The position numbers and the translations under genes were made by a program. Below, in pieces: positions 10,832 to 21,757 of a DNA stretch of 64,000 bases (positions within the stretch are counted from its first letter, which is position 1; each line of letters opens with the position of its first letter). Origin of the DNA: Macrostomum lignano (lineage: Eukaryota). The stretch lies in assembly GCA_002269645.1 (NCBI GenBank), contig NIVC01001611.1:196026-260025 (forward strand), read 5' to 3'. The notes beneath the pieces were generated by a model, which made no database searches, had not been told where the DNA came from, and saw only the letters and a list, made by a program, of their open reading frames with translations.

Positions 10832-13707
10832 GAACTACTTCTACTACTACTTCTACTACTACTACTACAACTAACTACTACTACTACTACTACTACTACT
10901 ATTATTATTGTTGTTAAACGAGGGTGGGAAGCATTGCTACCCGCGGATCAGCCCGGGGTGGGCTCTGCCGCAGAGGGGCACTACCAGGGGCCAAGGCATT
11001 AGCTGTCCAGGGCCCGAGATACCCCATGGATGCATTGGGATTGGACCCGGCTCAAAGCGCGGGTGGGCGAGTTGACCCAAGCCTACGGTACAAGACACCG
11101 CCAACCCAAACAGTGGAATCAGGGACGGTGCTAGGACCGAGTCCACCCAGGCCACCCTCCAGCAGACAAGTTCTTAGGAGTGCGCGAAAAACAGAATTGG
11201 AATAATTACTGAAAAGCCGTCCAAGAGCGGGGAAACCCCAGTAGTCTTGGAAAGGGCTAACTATTGGAGAGAGTCTGGGCAGCTACTAACCAAGGCGATC
11301 CTCACTGGGCTCTCGAGCCTCAAGGCTTCTTCACTACCCAGCTCTACTTTGGAGTGAGTCTGGAAGGCTTGTATCCGAGGGGGAGACTCCAGGCGAGGCC
11401 AGGACTCCAACGCCTATATTGCTACCAACCCAAGGGCATCGCCTATCCAGCTCAATATTGGGGGCCAGGCCAAGGGGTCGGGAGAAGAGGCACCCAGGGC
11501 AAGAGGACTCCGGACTCAGCCGGTTGTCCCCGGTTCGGGACGAACATCCTTCCCAGGACACCAATCCACTGTCAGGATGAGAGCCAGAGACACGCAAGCA
11601 GGGACCGTCAGCAGGAGCCAGGAGATGGACCCGAGGTCAGGGCAAGATGGACCGGGCAAGGGCAGAGCTCATAACTCCGAATATTGGAAGGCTTCTAGTG
11701 GCCAGATAAAAGATTAAAAGAATAAAAAGCCACAAAGGCACAAAGCTAAAGGGATAAAACCGCGCTGGGATGCCAGCCCAGAAAAAAAGAATGGCAGAAA
11801 GGAGGAGCACCATAGCCCTAAAGCAGGCAGCTTGCCGACCTGCAGCCCGGGTGCTCAGCCTCAGGGCTGGCAGTCTACTGGGTCTACCGTACACCTTTGT
11901 GAATTGGTCATTTTCTTTCCTGCAGGGCGGGTACGACCGGGGGGCTCAGTCCCGTCCTAGCCACACTGCAGTCCAGATATCCAACTCACTCCGGGCACCC
12001 CCCCCCCCCTAACCCAGGGCCGATGGCCAAAATTATTGGAGTACGAAAAAAGAATAGGGTTATTTTTAGAATGGGCACAGCCCCTCCGGGGCGGACCCTT
12101 AGTTATTGGGCTAGCCGAAGCTAGGCCAATCGGATTGCGCACAACCCTTAGACAAGCTACCAGAGAGGCAACCAGGGTAAAAACAGTCAGAGACTATTAT
12201 TATTACAACTACTATTACAACAACTACTACTAATTACTACTATTTCTACTACTACTACTTCTGCTACTAAGATGCGACTACTAAAGCTCACGGATAAACC
12301 AGCAGTATGCAGTAGAGCAGCGAGGTCCTGCAGTACACAAAGTAGCTCATCCAGCAGAAAAGCGCCGCCCAACAACAAGACAGCGCGCATAGCAGGGCCA
12401 GACAGGCAGTGAAGCAGCATCTGTTAGGGATGTTTCTAAGCTGCCGGAACAGAGTTAGCAGCAGCGGCAGGCACAGCATTGAGACCAGGTACCCGACCAG
12501 CTTGTAGTCGATAAGACGAAAATTCTGTAGAGGGGGTTTGACAGGTTAACCGCAAGTTTTGCAATCAAATTTATCTACCATGGTTTCTTGCACATTTGCA
12601 CATTAATTGTACTTTTGTAATGCAGATAGAACATGCCGACAAAGAAGGGCACCCAACACCCAAGAGACAGGGGCGCCCACCTAAGAGACAGGGGCGCCCA
12701 CCTGAGAGGACAGGGGCGCCCATCTGAGAGACAGGGGCGCCATCTAAGAGACAGGAGCGCCCACCTAAGAGGACAGGAGCGCCCACCTAAGAAGACAGGA
12801 GCGCCCACCTAAGAGGACAGGAGCGCCCACCTGAGAGGACAGGGGCGCCATCTAAGAGACAGGAGCGCCCACCTAAGAGGACAGGAGCGCCCACCTAAGA
12901 AGACAGGAGCGCCCACCTAAGAGGACAGGAGCGCCCACCTGAGAGGACAGGAGCGCCCACCTGAGAGGACAGGAGCGCCCACCTGAGAGGACAGGAGCGC
13001 CCACCTGAGAGGACAGGAGCGCCCACCTGAGAGGACAGGGGCGCCCATCTGAGAGACAGGGGCGCCATCTAAGAGACAGGAGCGCCCACCTAAGAGGACA
13101 GGAGCGCCCACCTAAGAGGACAGGAGCGCCCACCTAAGAAGACAGGAGCGCCCACCTAAGAGGACAGGAGCGCCCACCTAAGAAGACAGGAGCGCCCACC
13201 TAAGAAGACAGGAGCGCCCACCTAAGAGGACAGGAGCGCCCACCTGAGAGGACAGGAGCGCCCACCTGAGAGGACAGGAGCGCCCACCTGAGAGGACAGG
13301 AGCGCCCACCTGAGAGGACAGGAGCGCCCACCTAAGAGACAGGCGCGCCCACCTGAGAGACAGGGGTGCCGTGCCAATTTAAGAGAGAGGGGTGCCCTCC
13401 TGAGAGACAGGGGCGCCCACCTGAGAGACAGCCAGGTGGATAACGAGGCAGTGATAAAAAAGGAACAAAACTACATAATGTACTTACAATGGCATACTGA
13501 TGATGCGAATTAGGCAGCCACCAGGTTGTCTTGTACAGGTGAATGTACTGCAGTGACATACAGCTGAAGCTGAAGAAGAGCATAAAAACTGAAAATGACA
13601 GCTCACTATCTGCTGGAATATGAGGAATCCTGGCGTGCTTCGGCTGCACCAGCAGAGTTGCTGAGCTTGCTGACTGGTTGCTATGAGGCGAATTGTCATC
13701 TCCGGCA
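7056..13707 (-). CDS. TMEM39: Transmembrane protein 39 (TMEM39A/B family)
   Basis: complement join(7056..7388,7812..8015,10049..10370,12292..12524,13488..~13673/13707); phases consistent (0,0,2,0). Matches family motifs [70 protein letters not shown]. No in-frame ATG in the 5'-most exon found. Confidence 0.93.
7485..7748. repeat. 18-21-bp minisatellite (GGCGCCAGCTACAGAGAGAG), TMEM39 intron
   Basis: Tandem units. Confidence 0.9.
8520..8825. repeat. Degenerate AGCCAATGAGAGAGCAGTAAGGA repeats with a ~110-bp higher-order duplication
   Basis: Repeated CCAAT-containing blocks. Confidence 0.7.
9346..9378 (-). CDS. TMEM39: Candidate 33-nt cassette exon in a phase-0 TMEM39 intron ([11 protein letters not shown])
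   Basis: ctcccag|ATACAAACTGCCTATTGTGAAACCGATTGCTGG|gtaagt. Consensus splice sites, frame-preserving and stop-free in the needed frame. Confidence 0.4.
9753..9841. repeat. (TCTA)n microsatellite
   Basis: Direct reading. Confidence 0.95.
10526..10909. repeat. (TAC)n microsatellite; continues degenerately at 12193-12270 beyond the insertion
   Basis: Direct reading. Confidence 0.95.
10910..12192. mobile_element. Unclassified 1.28-kb GC-rich insertion inside a (TAC/TAT)n microsatellite
   Basis: Flanked by an exact 12-bp direct repeat ACTATTATTATT (10898-10909 and 12193-12204). Composition differs sharply from the host intron. No intact recognisable ORF. Confidence 0.6.
12664..13430. repeat. 22-bp minisatellite (GGAGCGCCCACCTAAGAGGACA), TMEM39 intron
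   Basis: About 35 tandem units. Confidence 0.95.
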
Positions 13708-14306
13708 CTGAGTGGAATTGGTTGTTCATATTTATGTGTATGATTTTAATTTTTTTTAAATCTCAATTCTAAGACAAAGCAAGTTATAAAACTTGCTAGA
13801 AAACAGCTCATTTGCTAAATGCTTATATAAGGCTTGAAAAGAGTTTCTAAGATGCCAAGGCTGAAAGGAGATACTGATATCTTAGGCTAAATTGCTAGCT
13901 TTGAGGGCTATTTTTTTTGCTTTAAACATTCTACAAATAAGAAGCTGACAATAGTGACAGTAAAATGCTTTCTATATAATTTCATCTTTTTTCTTAAAAA
14001 GAAAAAACACAATCTAGAAGGTTACAAGAAAATAGCTTTTTCCAATACCTTAGTTATCCAGAGATGGGTATAGATATAGAATATAACTAATAGATGCATT
14101 TTGGTACAATTTATCAATATCTAATACTATAATTTTTATAAATTCTAACATTTTAGCATATAGTCAGTTAAGTAAAGGACAACTTAAAATATCATTCTGC
14201 TTGAATTTATTTAACATTTAGGTTCCTATTGCAATCAATGGCTATTATTGCAGCATGGATTTCCCTTTAATGTTAGTATAGGGCCATAGTTTGGAACACC
14301 CTAAAT

Positions 14307-14745
14307 GTACGCCAGACTAAAATCTTGCACAATTTATTTGGTATGCCAGTGTATGCCAATTTTTCCCAACCTGGAAAAATTGTAATCCCAGAAAAAATAA
14401 GGCTCATTACAAGCTTCATTTTGAATGTCATGGTGCATTAAAAGACCTTTTTTGCTTTTTTTTACTTTTTTGCTTTTTTACTGATACTCTTTATAGCGAG
14501 AAGTGAATATATGCCAAGATTTCTTTAATTCTTTTAAAATAGTTACTTTCCATTTAAATTTACTCTTATTTCACAATTTAATTCTGCAACTGCAGGAACA
14601 TGTACATCACTTTTTTACTATCCATTTTTATATGCCAGATAGTACCTATGCCAGATTTCAAAAGGAAAAAATTTGTATGCCAAGTTTATATGCCTAAAGT
14701 CATGAGTGTATGCCGGCATATGCCAACGAGATTAATCCGGCGTAC
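14307..14745. mobile_element. Possible decayed non-autonomous DNA transposon
   Basis: Imperfect terminal inverted repeats (GTACGCCAGACTAAAATCT vs reverse complement GTACGCCGGATTAATCT) and multiple internal TATGCCA motifs. No clear TSD. Confidence 0.3.
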
Positions 14746-16765
14746 CACCCCTCTTCTAGACTATGGGTATAGGACCCTTTTTAATTTCTTTTTTTAATTT
14801 ATAATATATAAAATATAATTTTTTAAAAACTATACAATGAAAACTTCTTTTGCATTAATAATTTTATGGCTATAATTTTATGGGCCCATAAGTATAAACA
14901 TATATCTGTTAATAGTTTAAGAAAATGGTTAGCCTAATTAATAGTTGAACAATTTGAATATGACTAGATGTATACCATTAACACATGGTCTTACTTAGCA
15001 TTAGGCAATATTTTTTTAAACTCAAATTTAAACACCATTAGTATCAGTAAACGTTTCCATTGTCTACATCAGCTTTTTATCAGCTTGACTACAAAAGCAT
15101 TTTTGCTAAATGAGTCTACAAGATTAAGTCTATGACTATGACTATAGTCAACTTCTCTGAAATGACAAAAAGTTTATTACAAAAAATTGTAACGAGCTAT
15201 GGACAGTGGACATAGCAGTTTTTTACCAATACTTACACGTATGAATGTGATATGCGCGATATATTGCGTTTTATCGCAGGCATCGTCTGTTTGACCAAGA
15301 CAATAAATTAAGAAACTTCTGAGTCCTGAAACTATTAATGTAATAATGTACAACTACAGGTACAAAGTAGTAGTCACAACCACTGTTTAGATTTATTTTA
15401 TATTAAGTCTTGACAAGTTCGCAAAAGTACAACATAACTAGGAGGTACAATGCTGAAAGTCAGACAAGGTAATTGAGTTTTCGCTAGCTATTCTTTATTT
15501 ATTGATTAATGTTTTTTTTATTTTAGGCACAAAGATATCTAAATAGATTGTTCTTAGAAACATCACACTTAAATTGCCGCCTCCGACAATTTATAAAAAT
15601 TAGTGCATATCTAAACAAAAAAATGATTATTAACACCCATGGTATACAGAAAACATATTGAAAGCTAAAGTTTTTTTAACGGCGTAAAATTTTATCTCTC
15701 TTGACCGAAAAAATGCTAAATAATCCTAAATACTGAAAATGAATACGCTTTATGCGAGTGTATGTCGGACATTTAAGAGCCCGCTACCCGATGTGCCTGA
15801 GAACTGTATGGCAAAATTTATATTGCGCCAGTCTGGAATCAAGTATTTTAGTAGTTTTTAACAAATAATAATGCAGTAGCAAACAGAATTAGCTACACAG
15901 AAATAACGTTAAGAGTTATTGATATTCAAATCTGTCTGAAAGTATGACAGGTGAAAGTCAAAGTCAACCTTAACAAGGAAAAAATGAAATCAAACACGCT
16001 ATAATTTGTTAGTCGTACCAATTCGAGAATGTATACTTGGTCACATAACTCTAATGCATGCTGGACTTAGTGTATTTTTGAGTCGCACAAACAATTAAGT
16101 TAAATTAAAAAAAACTAAATAAGGATCACGAGCTAGTTACGATAAACCTTGCAGAAGTTAGCTGCTAAGAAAACAAAAGAGGGGCACCTATAAATACTTA
16201 CTCAGGTAAACGGGAAAAACAATTATTAATCAATAATTGCAAAGAAGCTAACAAAAAACAGGCAAGATTGTGCAAATTAGTAATATCTAAGGGCAAAGTG
16301 CACAGAAGCATGCAGTTAGAAAGCAAAGCAAGCAGATAAAGTGGATGATAAGTGAGGAAATAAATAAGCAAGCAGTTATTTAGCATTATATTTGAACAAT
16401 ATTACAAATTACAACAGCAAAGTAAGTGGGGAAATAAAACAACAAATTGCTATTTGCAGAAACAGAAATGAGATATAGATAAAAACATGAACTATTTGTT
16501 CAAAAAAGTATTGGGCCAACAAGCGGTGTATTTGAATGTTGATTGGCTTAAATAAAATATTACCATTAAAAACCAAATATTGAAAGAATCAAGTAGAAAA
16601 CGCCAACTCTGCAATAGGCAGACTATGGAAAAAGTTCCACTGACAAAATTTATTCTCAGACTTGGAATTTGAAGAAAAACTGTGTTGATAAATTAAACAA
16701 AGTTTATTACATTATTCGCCTACTAAAAGTAGGCTAATCGTGACATCTTACAAATCAGATTAGAG

Positions 16766-17222
16766 TGAGACAGAGATAGACCAGACTGAGACAGAGATAG
16801 ACCAGACTGAGACAGAAATAGACCAGACTGAGACAGAGATAGACCAGACTGAGACAGAGATAGACCAGACTGAGAGAGAGATAGACCAGACTGAGGCAGA
16901 GATAGACCAGACTGAGAGAGAGATAGACCAGACTGAGAGAGAGATAGACCAGACTGAGACGGAGATAGACCAGACTGAGAGAGAGATAGACCAGACTGAG
17001 ACAGAGATAGACCAGACTGAGAGAGAGATAGACCAGACTGAGACGGAGATAGACCAGACTGAGACGGAGATAGACCAGACTGAGACGGAGATAGACCAGA
17101 CTGAGACGGAGATAGACCAGACTGAGAGAGATAGACCAGACTGAGACGGAGATAGACCAGACTGAGGCAGAGATAGACCAGACTGAGACGGAGATAGACC
17201 AGACTGAGACGGAGATAGACAG
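16766..17222. repeat. 21-bp minisatellite (GAGATAGACCAGACTGAGACG)
   Basis: About 22 units immediately downstream of the LOTUS-only ORF. Confidence 0.95.
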
Positions 17223-17238
17223 GCCACAAAAATCTAAC

Positions 17239-17655
17239 CTAAGCCGCTGGGGCAGGACTAAACGGATCTAAAACGGGCGGCGGCGGCGGCGGCGGCGGTG
17301 GCGGAGGCGGCGGTCGCCTCGGTCGCTCGGCCCGAATCAGACTGACAATATGAGCAGTCCTGGGAGTGACAACTCCGTGACAGACAATCCGACGACCTGA
17401 GACCTCAATTTGGACAACGTGCGGCAGAGACTCCAGATATTGGCGCAGATTGGCGTATTGACCGCCGAAGCTCCAGTCTAGCGGTCGATGGCACAGTCGT
17501 AAATATTGCCGTTCAAGCGACGGCAGAGGGACACCCCGTCGAGCTGATAACAGAACAGCCCTAAGTTGGCTCTCCTGTTCAAGGATACGAGCGTGCTGCT
17601 GCTGCCGTTCCGCGTCTGGAACTGGCGCCGCTTCCACTGCCGCCGCTTGAGCCAT
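17239..17655 (-). CDS. Small LOTUS (OST-HTH) domain protein with poly-Pro tail, 138 aa
   Basis: ATG at 17655. LRAVLLSARRGVPLPSLERQYLRL...LRQYLESLPHVVQIE...CHGVVTPRTAHIVSLIRAER aligns by eye with the N-terminal extended LOTUS domain of TDRD7/TDRD5. GC-rich codon usage like the other exons. Confidence 0.8.
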   Translation of the reverse strand: MAQAAAVEAAPVPDAERQQQHARILEQESQLRAVLLSARRGVPLPSLERQYLRLCHRPLDWSFGGQYANLRQYLESLPHVVQIEVSGRRIVCHGVVTPRTAHIVSLIRAERPRRPPPPPPPPPPPPPVLDPFSPAPAA

Positions 17656-17775
17656 GCAAAATATAGGCAATTTCACTTGCTATTAGGCATTTCACAGATT
17701 GGAAACTACTATAAGTAGAAAGAATGCGATGCGAAACTAACTATGATTACAACATTCAATGTTTGTGTGATGAGA

Positions 17776-18176
17776 CTGACTGACTGACTGACTGACTAAC
17801 TGACTAACTGACTGACTGACTGACTGACTGACTGACTGACTGACTGACTGACTGACTGACTGACTGACTGACTGACTGACTGACTGACTGACTGACTGAC
17901 TGACTGACTGACTGACTGACTGACTGACTGACTGACTGACTGACTGACTGACTGACTGACTGACTGACTGACTGACTGACTGACTGACTGACTGACTGAC
18001 TGACTGACTGACTGACTGACTGACTGACTGACTGAGCGATTGAGTGAGAGGGTGAGCGATTGAGAGAGTGAGAGAATGAGTTAGTGAGCGAGAGTCGGTG
18101 AGTGAGTGAGCGAGAGTCGGTGAGTGAGTGAGTGAGAGTCGGTGAGTGAGTGAGCGACAGTCAGTGAGTGAGTGAT
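17776..18176. repeat. (CTGA)n microsatellite followed by a degenerate (GTGA)n tract
   Basis: Near-perfect CTGA run 17776-18034. Confidence 0.95.
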
Positions 18177-18655
18177 CAAATAAATGAGTGATAAGTAATT
18201 AAATAAACATTTTGAAATTTCTCAAACAGAAAAATAAACGCAAATGAAACACCACAGGAAATTTTATTTCGTTTATTAAAAAAAATGTAATAATTGGTAT
18301 AGTAATAATGATGACAGTCTGAAGATTTATTAGTATACTTTTTATATTATTATTATATAATACTCATATTTATACCTATATTTAAAACTAATTATTTAAG
18401 AACACCGGAAAAAAAAGCTATTTAACAAAATAAACAAAAATAGTTAGGATATATAATTGGCAGTTAATATACTTTTTTCTAAAAATAAACTTATAAATCG
18501 ACCTTTGCAACAGAAACTGGCAAAGATAATTATAGTTAGTAAATGCTTTATGCACACAAATTTGCACTACGCATGTACAATATTATGAAGGCGTCTTGGA
18601 GCAAATCAAATGAAATCGCATAATATTATTTTATCGAGAGTTGAATAAACCACTC

Positions 18656-19262
18656 ACTAGCCAATCAAAAAATTGCATATCTTATCAAACTTTCTTTATC
18701 AGCCAATCAGAGAATCACAAATCTTATCTAACTTTCTTTATCAGCCAATTAGAGAATCGCATGTCTTATCTAACTTTCTACATCAGCCAATGAGAGAATC
18801 GCAAGTCTTATCTAACTTTCTACATCAGCCAATGAGAGAATCGCAAGTCTTATCTAACTTTCTACATCAGCCAATCAGAGAATCGCATGTCTTATCTAAC
18901 TTTCTACATCAGCCAATGAGAGAATCGCAAGTCTTATCTAACTTTCTACATCAGCCAATCAGAGAATCGCATGTCTTAACTAACTTTCTACATCAGCCAA
19001 TGAGAGAATCGCAAGTCTTATCTAACTTTCTACATCAGCCAATCAGAGAATCGCATGTCTTAACTAACTTTCTACATCAGCCAATCAGAGAATCGCTTGT
19101 CTTATCTAACTTTCTTTACCAGCCAATCAGAGAATCGCATGTCTTATCTAACTTTCTTCATCAGCCAATCAGAAAATCGCATATCTTATCTAACTTTCTT
19201 TATCAGCCAATCAGAGAATCGCATATCTCATCTAACTTTCTTCATCAGCCAATCAGAGAATC
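18656..19262. repeat. 42-bp minisatellite (TCTTATCTAACTTTCTACATCAGCCAATCAGAGAATCGCATG)
   Basis: About 14 units, each with AGCCAATSAG. Confidence 0.95.
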
Positions 19263-19326
19263 TCGTTATTTTTCCTTCATCAGATGACTTTCAGGTCAAG
19301 TTGGTTTACTATGCTCAACTGTCTTC

Positions 19327-20163
19327 TCAATTGACCAGCTCAACCAATGGCAGCAAGCCGGCAGTCTCACTGCCTTTAGTCAGCAGCCGAAAATTCCTGG
19401 CCGGCAGCCAGCCGTCATCACTGGAACAGCCGCCAGTCAGCACCCTACTGACGCTGCGCCGCTGACACCTGACAAAACCGCAGGCTGGCGGCAAATTAGC
19501 CAATCGCAATCGAATGAAGCCAAGTTCGCGAGCCATTTGTTTTATTAAATCTTCGTTCGCCTGCCGCCTAGATAAGTGCAATATAAGGCGACACACAGGC
19601 GGCAGGCGAATCAGCTGATCTAGCTGGATTCGCTGACAGCTGCTGCTGCTGCTGTTGAATGGCCAGTCCATCAGCACAATGTCGCCTAATTCAGCCGAAT
19701 AGTCCACGTCTAGCAGTGAGCATCGAGCCAGACAGCCGTCCGCTTCAACTAGATAGATTTCGTCCGATAGAATGACATCGGCTTGGCAGCGAACTCGACA
19801 GTGAAGAGCCGGCTCGGCAGTCAGGCGATTCAGTAACTGCCCGGCTTCGTCCAGTGTCGACTCAATTGAGCGGCGAAGCTCGACGATCGGGATGGTTTCT
19901 ATAGCAACAAGATCTTCGGCGGCGGCCTCGTCAGAGTTCAAGAGGCGATAGCGGGCGGTAAACTGTTGGCCAGAGCGAAGCGCTGATAGGTTGATGAAGC
20001 TCGTCTCGATGAAGCCGGGAGTCTGCGGCGGCGGAGACGGCGGCATGAGCAGGTTTGGTTGCTGCTGCTGTTGCTGCTGCTGCGATGGATTTCTTGTGTA
20101 GATGTACGGCCTGCAAAGGGCAGTGTGAAAATACAGGCGCAAAAATAGACAGACACACAGACT

Positions 20164-20203
<40 letters not shown>

Positions 20204-20255
20204 CAGACAGACAGACACTAAGACAGCCGGACAGACAGAGACACACAGACAGAAG

Positions 20256-20348
<93 letters not shown>

Positions 20349-20374
20349 CAGACAGACAGACACACAGACAGACA

Positions 20375-20439
<65 letters not shown>

Positions 20440-20451
20440 CACAGACAGACA

Positions 20452-20524
<73 letters not shown>

Positions 20525-20551
20525 GGCGGACAGACAGACAGACAGACAGAC

Positions 20552-20620
<69 letters not shown>

Positions 20621-21303
20621 GGCAACTCACGGCAGAGTTTGCAGCGACTCTCTGGCTGCTGCTGGTCGGGGCGGAGGCGGTGGATTTTGCGACAGCTTCG
20701 TCTTTTGAGACGGCCGCATGAGCGGCTTTGGTTGCTTCTGCTGTTGCTGGGATGGAATTCTGTAGATGTATGGGTTGCAAAGACCGGTTTGCAAATACAC
20801 ACTCTTGGAACGATACTTTGGCTTGAGGACAAATAAACAGATGGACAAACACACAAACAGACGCAGACAACTCACGGTAGAGACTGTCTGGCTGCTGGTT
20901 GGGGCGGAGGCGGCGCATTTTGCGACACCTTTGCCTTCTGAGGCGGCGGCCGCCTAGAGACGGGAGCCGAGCCCGCGCCCCTGTTTCGCTTTCGCTTTTT
21001 ATTAGACTTCTGCTTGTTGATCAGTTCCACAATAGCGCGAGAGGACTCCGTGACCACGCCGAAGCACCTGTAGCCGCCGCTGGACATTGGGTCCCGGCTG
21101 AGTCGGACCACATGCGGCAGGCCGGAAAGGTACTCCAGCAGAGTGCCCCGGCCTTGAAGGTCGAGCTGTTTTGAAGCCAGTACGCGATAATCTCTGAGCA
21201 CTTCGCCAAGAGGCACGCCCTCCTTTGACGAGAGCAGCAGACAGCGGAGATTTACTTCTTGTTCTTCCTGGAATGCCAGCAGCGGTGACGATTTCCGGGG
21301 CAT
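19327..21303 (-). CDS. LOTUS + degenerate extended-Tudor protein (TDRD5/Tejas-like architecture), ~446 aa
   Basis: complement join(19327..20110,20631..20759,20876..21303); phases 2,2; total 1341 nt. N-terminal eLOTUS: [20 protein letters not shown]...TLLEYL..LPHVVRL...[20 protein letters not shown] Pro/Gln linker follows, then the Tudor-like [17 protein letters not shown]....DIVLMDW....[11 protein letters not shown]. Confidence 0.78.
20146..20620. repeat. (GACA)n microsatellite in a LOTUS-Tudor gene intron
   Basis: Direct reading. Confidence 0.97.
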
Positions 21304-21310
21304 CGATGAG

Positions 21311-21757
21311 CCACTGATGACCTAAGGGGAACTGATGACCTACTAAGGATCTCAGGGTACTGATTACATACCTATGACCTAATTGATGACCTACTGATGA
21401 ACTTAAGAGAAGCGATGACCCACTAATGACCTTAGGGGAATCGATGACCTATACTGATGACCTTAGGGGATTCGATGACCTATACTGATGACCATAGGGG
21501 ATTCGATGACCTATACTGATGACCTTAGGCCTTAGGGGAATCGATGACCTATACTGATGACCATAGGCCTTAGGGGAATCGATGACCTATACTGATGACC
21601 TTAGGGGATTCGATGACCTATACTGATGACCATAGGGGATTCGATGACCTATACTGATGACCATAGGGGATTCGATGACCTATACTGATGACCTTAGGGG
21701 ATTCGGTGACCTATACTGATGACCTTAGGGGATTCGGTGACCTATACTGATGACCTT
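21311..21757. repeat. ~31-bp minisatellite (GATGACCTATACTGATGACCTTAGGGGATTC) abutting the LOTUS-Tudor start
   Basis: Tandem units, degenerate toward the ATG. Confidence 0.9.

Noticed and set aside
19097-19465. Plus-strand ORF with an acceptor-like ttcatcag near 19274, antisense to the Tudor exon
   Set aside because: Half of it is repeat translation and the rest is the shadow of the GC-rich minus-strand exon; no partner exon found.
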